NCBI GenBank assembly: GCA_040218735.1
Contig: JAVJQW010000057.1
Span: forward strand, 128,001-192,000
Source: Deltaproteobacteria bacterium
GTDB lineage: Bacteria > Myxococcota > Kuafuiibacteriia > Kuafuiibacteriales > Kuafuiibacteriaceae
Length of the DNA: 64,000 nt
Reading direction: 5' to 3'
Below the pieces are notes generated by a model. That model had not been told where the DNA came from, did no database searches, and saw only the letters and a list, made by a program, of their open reading frames with translations. Below are positions 1-8,929 of the stretch, piece by piece. Position 1 is the first letter of the stretch; each line of letters begins with the position of its first letter. The position numbers and the translations under genes were made by a program.

Positions 1-1
1 G

Positions 2-814
2 TCACTCGACCCCGAGCCCGGCCTCCCCGTCGGCTACTGCTTCTCGTACCCGTCCGAGGTGCTTCCATCGTTGGACGCGCGCCTCATCCGGTGGACCAAA
101 GGCATCGACGTCCCGGGCGTCGAAGGCATGCTCGTCGGCTCCGGTCTCGCGGACGCGCTGCGCGACGAAGGGCTCGAACCGCCGTGTGTTCACGTCCTCA
201 ACGACACGGTCGCGAGCATGCTCGGCGGCGCGTTGGTCCACGACGGCGCGCCGGAGGACGTCATCGGGCTCATCGCGGGTACCGGCTCCAACATGGCGGC
301 CTTCTTCGACGGACGCGCGCACGAAAAACTCGCGGGCCACGACGACTTCGTCGCGATCAACCTCGAGTCCGGAAACTTCGACTGCCCGCACCTGACCGAG
401 GCCGACGCGATCGTCGACCGGGAGAGCAACAACCCCGGCGCCCAGCGGTTCGAAAAGGCGATCTCCGGCTTCTACATGCCGTTCATCTACAAGGCGATGA
501 CCGGTGATACGTACTTCGATCCCCTCGAAGGCTCCGCGCAGCTCGTGAAGAAACGCGAGGGAGGCGACGAGGTCGCCGCCGCGCTCCTCGAACGCGCCGC
601 GCTCCTGATCGCCACCGGCCTCGCCGCCGTCGCCGACGCCCGCGGCGGCGAACGCCCCGTCGCCGTCATCGCCGAGGGCAGCCTGTTCTGGCGGACACCC
701 GGCTTCCACCAGGCGGTGTACGGCGAGCTCGATCGCCTGGTCGATCGCGCCGCGTCGATCCGATCCCTCGAACACGCCAACCTCATCGGCTCGGCGTGCG
801 CCGCCCTCGCCTAG
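2..814 (+). CDS. Hexokinase, eukaryote-type (Hexokinase_1/2); 5' end outside window
   Basis: Frame open from base 2: GYCFSYP..LIRWTKG, VLNDTV, GLIAGTGSN, INLESGNF, PGAQRFEKAISG are hexokinase signature motifs. Confidence 0.9.
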   Translation, partial: SLDPEPGLPVGYCFSYPSEVLPSLDARLIRWTKGIDVPGVEGMLVGSGLADALRDEGLEPPCVHVLNDTVASMLGGALVHDGAPEDVIGLIAGTGSNMAAFFDGRAHEKLAGHDDFVAINLESGNFDCPHLTEADAIVDRESNNPGAQRFEKAISGFYMPFIYKAMTGDTYFDPLEGSAQLVKKREGGDEVAAALLERAALLIATGLAAVADARGGERPVAVIAEGSLFWRTPGFHQAVYGELDRLVDRAASIRSLEHANLIGSACAALA

Positions 815-824
815 CTTCGAAGAT

Positions 825-2279
825 TCACCGCGCCCGGATGGCGTCGCAGTCGAACACCGGCCGGCCGTTCGGGTTCCTGTACGGTGACGCGCACTGACCG
901 AGGAGCGCGCCGATGTAGCGCCAGAAGACTCCGTCCGCGTTGGGGTTGAAGGGGTACTCGCCGTCCGGGGTGTCGGGCGAGAAGACGTCGTACGCGAGCC
1001 GATGTTCTTCGGTCAGGTAGCCGCGCCAGGCCTTCTCGATCTGGCCGTGGAGGAAGCGGACCTCACGGGACGTCAGCGGCACGCCGACGTTCGCCGCCAT
1101 GATGACGAGCTCGGCGAGGTCCTTGTCGTGCAGCTTCTCCGGGTACTCACCGGCCTCTCGCGCGTCGAAGATGGTGTCGAGACGCCAGATGAGGCCTTCG
1201 ACCAACGTGTCCCCGAGCGCGACGTGTTCGCCGCGGTACGCGAGCGCGGTCGCCGCCTGGTGGAAGCTGCGCTCGATCTGGTGGAAGTCCTTCTTGAGCG
1301 CCCAGACCTCCGAGAGCTCGGAGATGCCAGTGCCACACGCCACAGTGCCGGGGTCGTCGTGGCCGAACAGGCGCGTGGCGAGCATCGCCGTGCACTCGAC
1401 GTCGAACAGCTGAATGTACGCCGCGAGCTGCTCCATCGGGTGATACGTCTCCCAGTCCTCGTCGACGGTCGCGATCCGCCAGTCGTCAGCCTCCACGCGA
1501 CGTGCCCACTGCCCGTAGCGCCTGTGCATGAGCTCCAGATCCTCGGCGAGGTCGGCGGCGGGTGTCTGCGTGCACGCAGGCAGATACGCCATCGCCTGGA
1601 GCATGTGTCCGACGTCGTCCTTCGATCGCTTGTTCTTGATCCAGATGTCGCCCCAGTGCGGGTTGTCGGGGTTGTGAACGTAGATCGTCGGAGGCTGCTC
1701 GAGCTCCCCTTGGAAGTACTCCCCCGGGAGGTTCTCGCTGTAGTCGATCAGAACCTCCACGCCATCGTCCGTCGACAAGACCGGTTCCACGTAGTGAACG
1801 CGCGCGAGCAACGCGTGGTCGCGGCTGTCACCCCGATCCATCGCCATCGACCAGCTGTTGAAGCCGCGGACGAGCTCCCGGAGCAACGCCTCCTGCCCGC
1901 CCCACAGGTTCTGCGCGAAGCACGTCCCCGCGAGGAGCGGCGCGGTCCTCAGCGCGTTGTTGTCGGAGCCCTTGGACTGATGGAAGAACCGAACGCGCCC
2001 GTCCTCCTTGAAGACGGTGACGCCGTTCCACCAGGTCCCGTACCAGTAGCGCCCCTCCGGATCGTTCCGCGGAACACCGTGGGTTCGCTCGGCGGTCACC
2101 CGGAAGTAGTCGGTGCCCGCCAGCAGCTCCAGGTACCGGTCCGTCGCCGTGGTGATCTCTTCCGAGGACACCGCTTCGCCGTGGTCGGCGCGTTCGAGAT
2201 AGACGCGGGTCGGTTCCGACGGCGAACCACACGCGGCAACCAACCCCGCGACGACCAGCGCGCTCGAGGACAAACGCAC
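825..2279 (-). CDS. Hypothetical lipoprotein (484 aa)
   Basis: Hydrophobic N-terminus with lipobox LVAAC; globular aromatic-rich body; starts 3 nt after the stop of the upstream gene. Confidence 0.75.
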   Translation of the reverse strand: MRLSSSALVVAGLVAACGSPSEPTRVYLERADHGEAVSSEEITTATDRYLELLAGTDYFRVTAERTHGVPRNDPEGRYWYGTWWNGVTVFKEDGRVRFFHQSKGSDNNALRTAPLLAGTCFAQNLWGGQEALLRELVRGFNSWSMAMDRGDSRDHALLARVHYVEPVLSTDDGVEVLIDYSENLPGEYFQGELEQPPTIYVHNPDNPHWGDIWIKNKRSKDDVGHMLQAMAYLPACTQTPAADLAEDLELMHRRYGQWARRVEADDWRIATVDEDWETYHPMEQLAAYIQLFDVECTAMLATRLFGHDDPGTVACGTGISELSEVWALKKDFHQIERSFHQAATALAYRGEHVALGDTLVEGLIWRLDTIFDAREAGEYPEKLHDKDLAELVIMAANVGVPLTSREVRFLHGQIEKAWRGYLTEEHRLAYDVFSPDTPDGEYPFNPNADGVFWRYIGALLGQCASPYRNPNGRPVFDCDAIRAR

Positions 2280-2282
2280 TTC

Positions 2283-2708
2283 TCAGCTCAACTTCCGCGG
2301 CACGGTCGCCACCAGCGCGTGGGCCGAGAGTGAACCGGCCTGCGTCACCGCGCCGAAACGCGGGGCGCTCCGGGTCGGCGTCGAGAACCCGAGGCGACGG
2401 TGCGTCGAGCGCTGCGTCTCGGCACGTGATGCGTCGGCCGCACGGTTCCGCGCTGCGAGCCGCGGAGCCGCCGTGCTCGCGACGTCGGCGATCTGCGATG
2501 CCGCGCCGAGCTCGCCGGCATCCACCAACCACTTCACGAGGCACGCGAGGGCGTAGGCTTCACGTTGCAGCGTGTCGTCGTCGGTCGCGTCAAGCGCGTC
2601 GATCAGCCGCTCCGTCGTCGACGCGTGCAGCCGAAGTGGCGCTCCGTCGAGCCCCGCGAGAGCCTGGCGCGTCAGGGGAGTCAGGTCGGACATGTTCGCT
2701 TGCGACAT
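2283..2708 (-). CDS. Small hypothetical helical protein (141 aa, MSQANMSDLT...)
   Basis: C-terminal part of ORF 2283..3299 has protein-like composition; ATG at 2708, 4 nt after the stop of the 80-aa ORF. Confidence 0.6.
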   Translation of the reverse strand: MSQANMSDLTPLTRQALAGLDGAPLRLHASTTERLIDALDATDDDTLQREAYALACLVKWLVDAGELGAASQIADVASTAAPRLAARNRAADASRAETQRSTHRRLGFSTPTRSAPRFGAVTQAGSLSAHALVATVPRKLS

Positions 2709-2712
2709 CGAA

Positions 2713-2955
2713 TCAGCGCCCCGCCCGGAAGGAGGCGCCCATGCCGCCGAAGGCCGTGCCAAGCTCGTCGAGCAGCGCCTCGAACGCCGGCGATCCGGCG
2801 GGGAGCTGCTGAAGCGTCGAACGGAGCTCCGCCGCGTTGGCGGGCTTGGGGATCCCGTGCTGCGCGAGGATCTCCCCAGCGCGGTTCGAGAGGGCGGATC
2901 GATCGGTGGCGGTCGCCTGAGGCGTGGGGGTGTTGTCGACGTTGGTGATGGACAT
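2713..2955 (-). CDS. Small hypothetical protein (80 aa, MSITNVDNTPT...)
   Basis: ATG-initiated ORF with plausible composition directly downstream of a sigma54 promoter motif. Confidence 0.65.
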   Translation of the reverse strand: MSITNVDNTPTPQATATDRSALSNRAGEILAQHGIPKPANAAELRSTLQQLPAGSPAFEALLDELGTAFGGMGASFRAGR

Positions 2956-2967
2956 GCCGCTTCCCTG

Positions 2968-2984
2968 AGCAGGGCGCGTGCCAG
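2968..2984 (-). promoter_or_regulatory. sigma54 (-24/-12) promoter
   Basis: Minus strand CTGGCACGCGCCCTGCT versus consensus TGGCACG-N4-TTGCW, with exact GG-N10-GC spacing; intergenic; predicted +1 near 2957. Confidence 0.8.
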
Positions 2985-3041
2985 CGCAGCGGTGCGTGCG
3001 CGTGGGGGCGGCTGAATCCCGCCGGGGTTCGATCGCAGGGT

Positions 3042-3068
3042 TCGGTGGACCCTCGGAGGGTCCACCGA
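3042..3068. promoter_or_regulatory. Perfect inverted repeat; candidate bEBP enhancer (UAS) or hairpin
   Basis: TCGGTGGACCCTC-G-GAGGGTCCACCGA (13-bp arms, 1-nt spacer) centred about 98 bp upstream of the predicted sigma54 +1; no U-tract on the minus strand. Confidence 0.6.
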
Positions 3069-3073
3069 CGCCG

Positions 3074-3736
3074 TCAGGCGCCGAGGATCGCGGTGATGAT
3101 CGCGGCGACCGCGGACAACCCGGAGACGCCGATCAGCACGAACGACACGTTGCGCCTCGTCGAAACGCTCGGGTCCGGCGGAGCGATCAGCGGGGAGACA
3201 TCCCGCCGCGACGCGTCGATGAAGACCGCCGACGCCGTCGCCGCGGCCGCCACGCTGAGGCCCGACAACACCAGGCTCGCGACGCCGCAGCGGCCACACT
3301 CGGGCTCAGCCGGCGCCAGGATCGGAGGCGCCAGCGCCACCGACGACGTTCGGATCTCGGGCACGAAGAGCTCCCGCACCATCGACCGAAGCTCCGTCTT
3401 CGTGTCCTCGGCCGACACGGGACGCGAGACCTCCGCGACGACGCGGCCGTTTTCGATGCGGGCCGCGACCACGAATAGCCGCGTCGGACCGCGATGCACC
3501 TGGACCATGAGGAGCCGCGCGCAACCCAACGCGTCATGGAGATCGCGCAGGCACTGTTCGTTGCGGGCACACTTCGCCTCGCCCTCGCGGACTCGGACGT
3601 CCGTCCCGGTCACGTCCTCCAGCGCCGACGCGATCTGACTTCGGACCCGAATCAAGGCACCGCGCTCGACCTGGCTCGACGCCTCGATCTGCAGCCCGAC
3701 TGCGGCAGCGATCAGTCCAAGGACAGCGACTTGCAT
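3074..3736 (-). CDS. Exported protein with TolB_N-like Cys-pair domain and C-terminal hydrophobic hairpin
   Basis: Signal-like N-terminus MQVAVLGLIAAAV, CARNEQCLRDLHDALG motif, Pro linker, two C-terminal hydrophobic segments. Confidence 0.7.
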   Translation of the reverse strand: MQVAVLGLIAAAVGLQIEASSQVERGALIRVRSQIASALEDVTGTDVRVREGEAKCARNEQCLRDLHDALGCARLLMVQVHRGPTRLFVVAARIENGRVVAEVSRPVSAEDTKTELRSMVRELFVPEIRTSSVALAPPILAPAEPECGRCGVASLVLSGLSVAAAATASAVFIDASRRDVSPLIAPPDPSVSTRRNVSFVLIGVSGLSAVAAIITAILGA

Positions 3737-3789
3737 GAGGAACCCGCGGAATGTCACCCTGCGTGAGGCCCGTGAGCAAGTGTCGTCCG

Positions 3790-5460
3790 ATGGCCGCGCT
3801 GGCAGTCGCGCTGCTCCACTGCGGCCCCCGAGACACGCTGAATCTGGCGCACGACCTCCCCGAGGACACACGCTGGGTGGTCGTCGTCGAGCTTCGTCCC
3901 GACGGCGCCGTCGAGGTCTCGCCGCCCACCCGCGCGCTCGATCCGCTGCACTGGACTCCGCACGTCGACAGCCGCGTGTTCGTACTCGCCTACGACGCCG
4001 ACGCGCTGATGAACGCAGGCGGAACGGACGAAGCGATCCGAGGGAGCCCCTGGTTCTTGGCGTCCGAGTGTGATCCCACCCTCCCCGCTCCCCGTGTCCG
4101 TCGTGAGTTGGTCGCCGGCGCGCTCGTCGAGACCGACGAGCCGCTCCCCGCGCTGACCACCGAGTGGCTCCAGTCGCCGACGTACCTCGTGGATGCAAGG
4201 TGCGTCCGATACCCGTGCGGGACGGCGTTCGAGAGCACCGGCCGCTGCACGTTCCGTTTGACGCACGGTTCCTGCCTCGCGCCCATCGTCGACGGGACCT
4301 ACGGCGGCGGGCGCGTCCCGACGCTCGACGGCGAGGGCTGCTCGACGACGACGCCACCACCGGATGCCGTCAGCGCCGCGGTGTGTCGCGACGTCCTCGG
4401 TACGGGGTCGTGCAACCTGACGCTCTACGAAGCTGCCACCCCCGACTGGACCGTCGAATCCACGGCGATCTTCGACGTGCCGTACCGCGCCGTCGCCGGG
4501 GACACACTCCGAATCTCGTACGGCCGCGGGGGCTACCTCGTCGACGTGCTGCCGCTCGACGACGAGATCATCGTCGTGTCGCGTGCGGGCGCCTTCACCC
4601 GACGCGTCGAAGAGGCCGACTGCACGACACAGATCCACACCCTCGACCCGGAACTTCGCGAGGTGTCGACGGCGACCGCAGCGTGCATTCGTGCCATCGC
4701 CCCCGACCAGAACCCAGGCACGTTCCTCGCCGCGCTGGACGATCGTGTCGTCCGGTTCGACCGCTCCGGCGTCCCGCTGCTGTCCTCGCCGACGATCATC
4801 GTCGACGGCACCGACGCGACGACCCACGCCATCGATCTCGTCCTCGACGCCGTCAACGATACGGTCGTCGTCGCGCTGGAGGCCGACGAGGAGGAGGGGC
4901 TCGCGGCGGTCGTCACGCTCGACCTCGACGACCTTCGGCCAGTCGGTGAGGTCTACGCATTCGTCGCGCAAGTCTCGTCCATCGCGATGGGTGAGCCCGG
5001 TTACCTGCTCATGGCCGACAGCGCCTCCAACGCCGTCCTGACCCTGGAGCTCGCCTCGGGCGCCCGCTCGTCCGCGCCGGTCCCCCACTCGCGCTCGATA
5101 CACACGGCGGCGGTCGGCTACGACCCGCTTCACCACACGACGATCGCGTTGGTCTCCGACGAGGAGCGCTTCGTTCAGTTCCAGGAGGCGAGCGAGCGGA
5201 GTCAGCGGGCGCCGTACGAGATCGACGTGGGTCCGATGGCCCTCGCGCCGTTCCGTGGTGCGTTCCTGGTCGCGGGCACGACCGAACCGGGGGACGCGGC
5301 GGAGTCCTACCTGCTTCGCCTCGACGTCGAGAATCGTCGGTTCCTCCCCGGCGTGACACGCGTCGGGCGCGGTCCCGTCGCCCGACTGAAACGCGCCCCG
5401 GACGGCAGCGTCGTCGGGATGCTCTCGTGGGAAGCGTCCATCTTCCGGGTGCGTCCATGA
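3790..5460 (+). CDS. Putative lipoprotein with Cys-rich segment and C-terminal beta-propeller
   Basis: MAALAVALLHC lipobox-like start; several Cys; repeated short beta-strand blades; stop overlaps the next ATG (ATGA); start uncertain (3751 or 3790). Confidence 0.7.
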   Translation: MAALAVALLHCGPRDTLNLAHDLPEDTRWVVVVELRPDGAVEVSPPTRALDPLHWTPHVDSRVFVLAYDADALMNAGGTDEAIRGSPWFLASECDPTLPAPRVRRELVAGALVETDEPLPALTTEWLQSPTYLVDARCVRYPCGTAFESTGRCTFRLTHGSCLAPIVDGTYGGGRVPTLDGEGCSTTTPPPDAVSAAVCRDVLGTGSCNLTLYEAATPDWTVESTAIFDVPYRAVAGDTLRISYGRGGYLVDVLPLDDEIIVVSRAGAFTRRVEEADCTTQIHTLDPELREVSTATAACIRAIAPDQNPGTFLAALDDRVVRFDRSGVPLLSSPTIIVDGTDATTHAIDLVLDAVNDTVVVALEADEEEGLAAVVTLDLDDLRPVGEVYAFVAQVSSIAMGEPGYLLMADSASNAVLTLELASGARSSAPVPHSRSIHTAAVGYDPLHHTTIALVSDEERFVQFQEASERSQRAPYEIDVGPMALAPFRGAFLVAGTTEPGDAAESYLLRLDVENRRFLPGVTRVGRGPVARLKRAPDGSVVGMLSWEASIFRVRP

Positions 5461-6797
5461 AGAAGACCCTCCCGGTCGACGCGCGCAGTCGACAGATCGA
5501 GACCATCGCGATCGACGTCGTCGCCGGTCCGGACGCCGGACATCGCTTCACGGCGCCGCGGGACGAGATCTCCATCGGCACCGCACCGACGAACGACCTG
5601 ATCATCTCCGACGACACCGTCTCGCGTTATCACCTGCAGCTCGAACGAAAGCCCGACGGGATCCTGTTGACGGACCTCGACTCGACCAACGGGTCCGAGG
5701 TCAACGGCATCAAGGTTCGATGCGGGCTGATCCGACCCGACTCCAAGATCCGCATCGGTCGAACCGTCCTCAACGTCACGGACGGCGCTCGGCGCGAGCT
5801 CGAGGTCCACGGCACCGGTCAGCTCGGCCGCATCCACGGTCGAAGCGAGATCATCCGGACGTTGATGGCCCGCATCCTGCGCGCCGCCGCGTCGGACGTG
5901 TCGGTGCTCATCCGCGGTGAAACCGGCACCGGCAAAGAGCTGGTGGCGCACGAGCTCCACGTGCACAGCGCACGTCGAGACCAACCCTTCGAGGTCGTCG
6001 ACTGCGCGTCCGTCCTGCCCACGCTCCTCGCCAGCGAGTTGTTCGGGCACGAGCGCGGCGCGTTCACGGGCGCCGACACGCAGCACATCGGCGCGTTCGA
6101 ACGCGCCGACGGCGGCACGTTGTTCCTCGACGAGCTCGGCGAGTTCCCCACCGCGCTGCAGTCGGCGTTGCTCGGCGCGCTGGAGCGTCGTCGGTTCCAT
6201 CGCGTCGGCGGCCGGACGCCGATCGACGTCGATGTGCGGGTGGTCTGCGCGACGAACCGTGACCTCCGCAGCGAGGTCAACGCAGGGACGTTTCGGCAGG
6301 ACCTCTACTACCGCATCGCAGTCGTATCGTTGTGGGTGCCTCCGCTGCGTGAACGTCGCGAGGACATCGAGCTCCTCGCGCAACACTTCCTGGAGCGATC
6401 CGGACACGGCTCTGCGCTCCTCACGCCCGAGATCCTCTCCAGCTTCCAGAGCTACTTCTGGCCGGGGAACGTGCGCGAGCTGAAGAACACGCTGGAGGCT
6501 GCGGTCGCGATGGGCGAGGCACCGCGACTCACGTCGACGGACGGCGGCGCACCGCCCGCGGCCGCGGCGGACCTACCGAACGTGACGCTCGGTGACGCCT
6601 CGGAGCAGCCGTTCAACGAGGCGCGGATGTCCACGATCGAAGCCTTCGAGATCGCATACCTGAACCAGCTCCTCGGACGACACGACGACAACGTGTCCCG
6701 CGCCGCCGAGGCCGCGGGCATTCACCGCTCGTACCTCACGAAGCTCCTCCGTCGTCACAAGGGCAGAGTCCGTCGACCTCGTCGGGGCTCCGAATGA
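5457..6797 (+). CDS. FHA-domain sigma54-dependent activator (bEBP, Fis HTH)
   Basis: FHA (IGT..NDL..SRYH..DLDSTNG), Walker A GETGTGKE, GAFTGA, LFLDE, WPGNVREL, C-terminal HTH. Confidence 0.95.
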   Translation: MKKTLPVDARSRQIETIAIDVVAGPDAGHRFTAPRDEISIGTAPTNDLIISDDTVSRYHLQLERKPDGILLTDLDSTNGSEVNGIKVRCGLIRPDSKIRIGRTVLNVTDGARRELEVHGTGQLGRIHGRSEIIRTLMARILRAAASDVSVLIRGETGTGKELVAHELHVHSARRDQPFEVVDCASVLPTLLASELFGHERGAFTGADTQHIGAFERADGGTLFLDELGEFPTALQSALLGALERRRFHRVGGRTPIDVDVRVVCATNRDLRSEVNAGTFRQDLYYRIAVVSLWVPPLRERREDIELLAQHFLERSGHGSALLTPEILSSFQSYFWPGNVRELKNTLEAAVAMGEAPRLTSTDGGAPPAAAADLPNVTLGDASEQPFNEARMSTIEAFEIAYLNQLLGRHDDNVSRAAEAAGIHRSYLTKLLRRHKGRVRRPRRGSE

Positions 6798-8296
6798 CCA
6801 AGAACCCGTTCGAGCTCCTCCAGCCCGACCTCGGGTTCGATCCCCCGTCGTCGCCGACACCCGACGGGACCCGCGTGTTCGAGGAACAGACCGCGGACAC
6901 CCTCTCCAACTTCGAACCCTCGGACTCCACGTCCCCCGATCCGTGGCTCGGCCGGGTCGTGTCGGGATGCCGCTTCCAGAGCTACCTGGCGTCCGGTGGC
7001 CACGCGAACGTCTACCGAGGCGTGCACCTCGAAACCGGCGCGGCCGTCGCCATCAAGGTGCTTCGGCCCGACGCCGCCACGCGCGGCGAGCTCCGCCGAC
7101 GTTTTCTCCGCGAGGCGCAGGCCCTCGCGGCGCTCGCGTCCCAGCCGGGGATCGTGCGCATCCGTGACTTTGGTTCGAACGAGGTCGGTCCGTACGTGGT
7201 GTTGGACTTGGTCGCCGGCTCGTCCCTCGACGAGCACCTCCGCACTTCGGGTGCGCTGGAGCCAGAGCACGTCTTCGCGATTGGCGCGCAGATCGCGGAG
7301 TCGCTCGCGGCCGTCCACGCCGCGGGCCTCGCTCACCGAGACCTCAAGCCGGGCAACGTCGTCGTCGATGCCGAGCTGTCCCGCGCGACGCTCGTCGACT
7401 TCGGCTTGGTCTCACACGTCCACGACGAAGAGACGCGCCTGACCTTCGTCGGCGCGAGGATCGGAACGCCGGGTTTCCTCCCGCCCGAGCCTCGCACCGG
7501 CGACGCCGGCGATCCGGCGCGCGACTGCTTCGCGCTCGGGAGGACACTTCAGTGTATGGCGACCGGCGTCCGTGAGCCCGACGAAGCCGCGCTTGTCCCG
7601 CTCGATCCACGTCTGCAACGGATCGTCGCTCGGCTCGTCACTTCGAACCCCGCGGCTCGGGCAACGGCGCAGGATGCGCTCGTGGAGCTTCGGCGCCTCG
7701 CGCGTGGGCGGGTTCGACGCGGCGTCGGCGGGTGGACCGCAGCGATGCTCGTCGTACCCGTCGCCGCAATCGCCGTAGCGTATCTTTGGAGCCCCGAACG
7801 CGAAGAACGGCCCCGCCCCTCCGCACCGACGGCGCCCGCGCCCCGCGTCGAGATCGTCCCGCGCGAGCCGCCGACCGAACCCGTGAAGCTGGAGCCGAAG
7901 TCCGTCGAGGCGCCACCACGACGCCGACGACCCCGCGTGGCGCGGCCCAAGACCGAACCGGACAAACGCGCGTCGGCGCGCCGGGCGCTCCGCGCGCGCG
8001 GGCTCAGAATGGCCGACATCGAGCACCTACACCTGGATCCTGCGTCGGGCGCGTCGTTCGCCCGGGCGATCGAAACGCTGACGATCGATCGCCGTATGGT
8101 CGCGTCGCGCCTCGACCGCGTGGCCTCGAAGCTGTCGCGACTCGCGAACGCGGAGCCAGGCAAGGTGCAGCCCCTGGAGCTCATCTACTTTCGGCTCCGC
8201 AAGGCCTCCACGGAGAATGCCGTGCAGCCCGAGGCGTTGATGAGGGACGTCGACGCATTCGAGCGGCGCCTCGACACGTCCGGGTCCGCTCTCTAG
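6794..8296 (+). CDS. Membrane Ser/Thr protein kinase (Hanks type)
   Basis: GGHANVY, VAIK, HRDLKPGN, DFG, GTPGF; TM helix, Pro linker and helical extracytoplasmic domain. Confidence 0.93.
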   Translation: MTKNPFELLQPDLGFDPPSSPTPDGTRVFEEQTADTLSNFEPSDSTSPDPWLGRVVSGCRFQSYLASGGHANVYRGVHLETGAAVAIKVLRPDAATRGELRRRFLREAQALAALASQPGIVRIRDFGSNEVGPYVVLDLVAGSSLDEHLRTSGALEPEHVFAIGAQIAESLAAVHAAGLAHRDLKPGNVVVDAELSRATLVDFGLVSHVHDEETRLTFVGARIGTPGFLPPEPRTGDAGDPARDCFALGRTLQCMATGVREPDEAALVPLDPRLQRIVARLVTSNPAARATAQDALVELRRLARGRVRRGVGGWTAAMLVVPVAAIAVAYLWSPEREERPRPSAPTAPAPRVEIVPREPPTEPVKLEPKSVEAPPRRRRPRVARPKTEPDKRASARRALRARGLRMADIEHLHLDPASGASFARAIETLTIDRRMVASRLDRVASKLSRLANAEPGKVQPLELIYFRLRKASTENAVQPEALMRDVDAFERRLDTSGSAL

Positions 8297-8334
8297 CCAG
8301 CGCTCGCGACGTTTGGCATGAAGCGGGCTGCACG

Positions 8335-8925
8335 ATGAAGAACACACACCGCCCCGACCTCTTCATGTGGTCGCGCTTCGACGAGGCGCGCAACGTCGAC
8401 TTCAACGCGCTCGCGTGGATCCGCGAGGGCGGAAACGTGCTGATCGATCCGCTGCCGATGAGCGATCACGACCGCGCGCACCTCGAGTCGCTGGGCGGTG
8501 CGAAGCACATCGTCGTGACCAACTCGGATCACCTCCGCGACGCCGCGGCGCTCGCGGAGGGCTTCGATGCGGAGCTCGCGGGGCCCGCGCAGGAGCCCGA
8601 CCTCGCCGTCGCGCGGCGCCTCGCGGAGGGCGACGAGGTCGTCCCCGGGTTGAAGGTCTTCGAGCTCGATGGCTCCAAGACGCCGGGGGAGCTCGCGCTG
8701 CTCCTCGAAGACCGCACGCTGATCACCGGCGATCTCATCCGCGCACACCGCGGCGGTGAGCTGATGATCCTCCCGCCCGACAAACTCACCGACCGCGACG
8801 CCGCGCGGAAGAGCGTGCGGCGGATGGCGGCGCTCGTCGGCCTCGATGCCGTGCTCGTCGGCGACGGCTGGCCGGTCTTCACCAGCGGCGGCCTCGCGCT
8901 CGCCGCCCTCGCCGCGATGCTGTGA
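8335..8925 (+). CDS. MBL-fold metallo-hydrolase-like protein
   Basis: VLIDP, TNSDHLRD, GSKTPGE, LITGDL, LVGDG: MBL fold with degenerate metal ligands. Confidence 0.8.
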   Translation: MKNTHRPDLFMWSRFDEARNVDFNALAWIREGGNVLIDPLPMSDHDRAHLESLGGAKHIVVTNSDHLRDAAALAEGFDAELAGPAQEPDLAVARRLAEGDEVVPGLKVFELDGSKTPGELALLLEDRTLITGDLIRAHRGGELMILPPDKLTDRDAARKSVRRMAALVGLDAVLVGDGWPVFTSGGLALAALAAML

Positions 8926-8929
8926 CCGT

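Noticed and set aside
8313-8329. Second sigma54-like motif TTGGCATGAAGCGGGCT before the MBL gene
   Set aside because: The -12 element is poor (GGGC rather than TTGC) and the predicted +1 would fall downstream of the likely ATG at 8335
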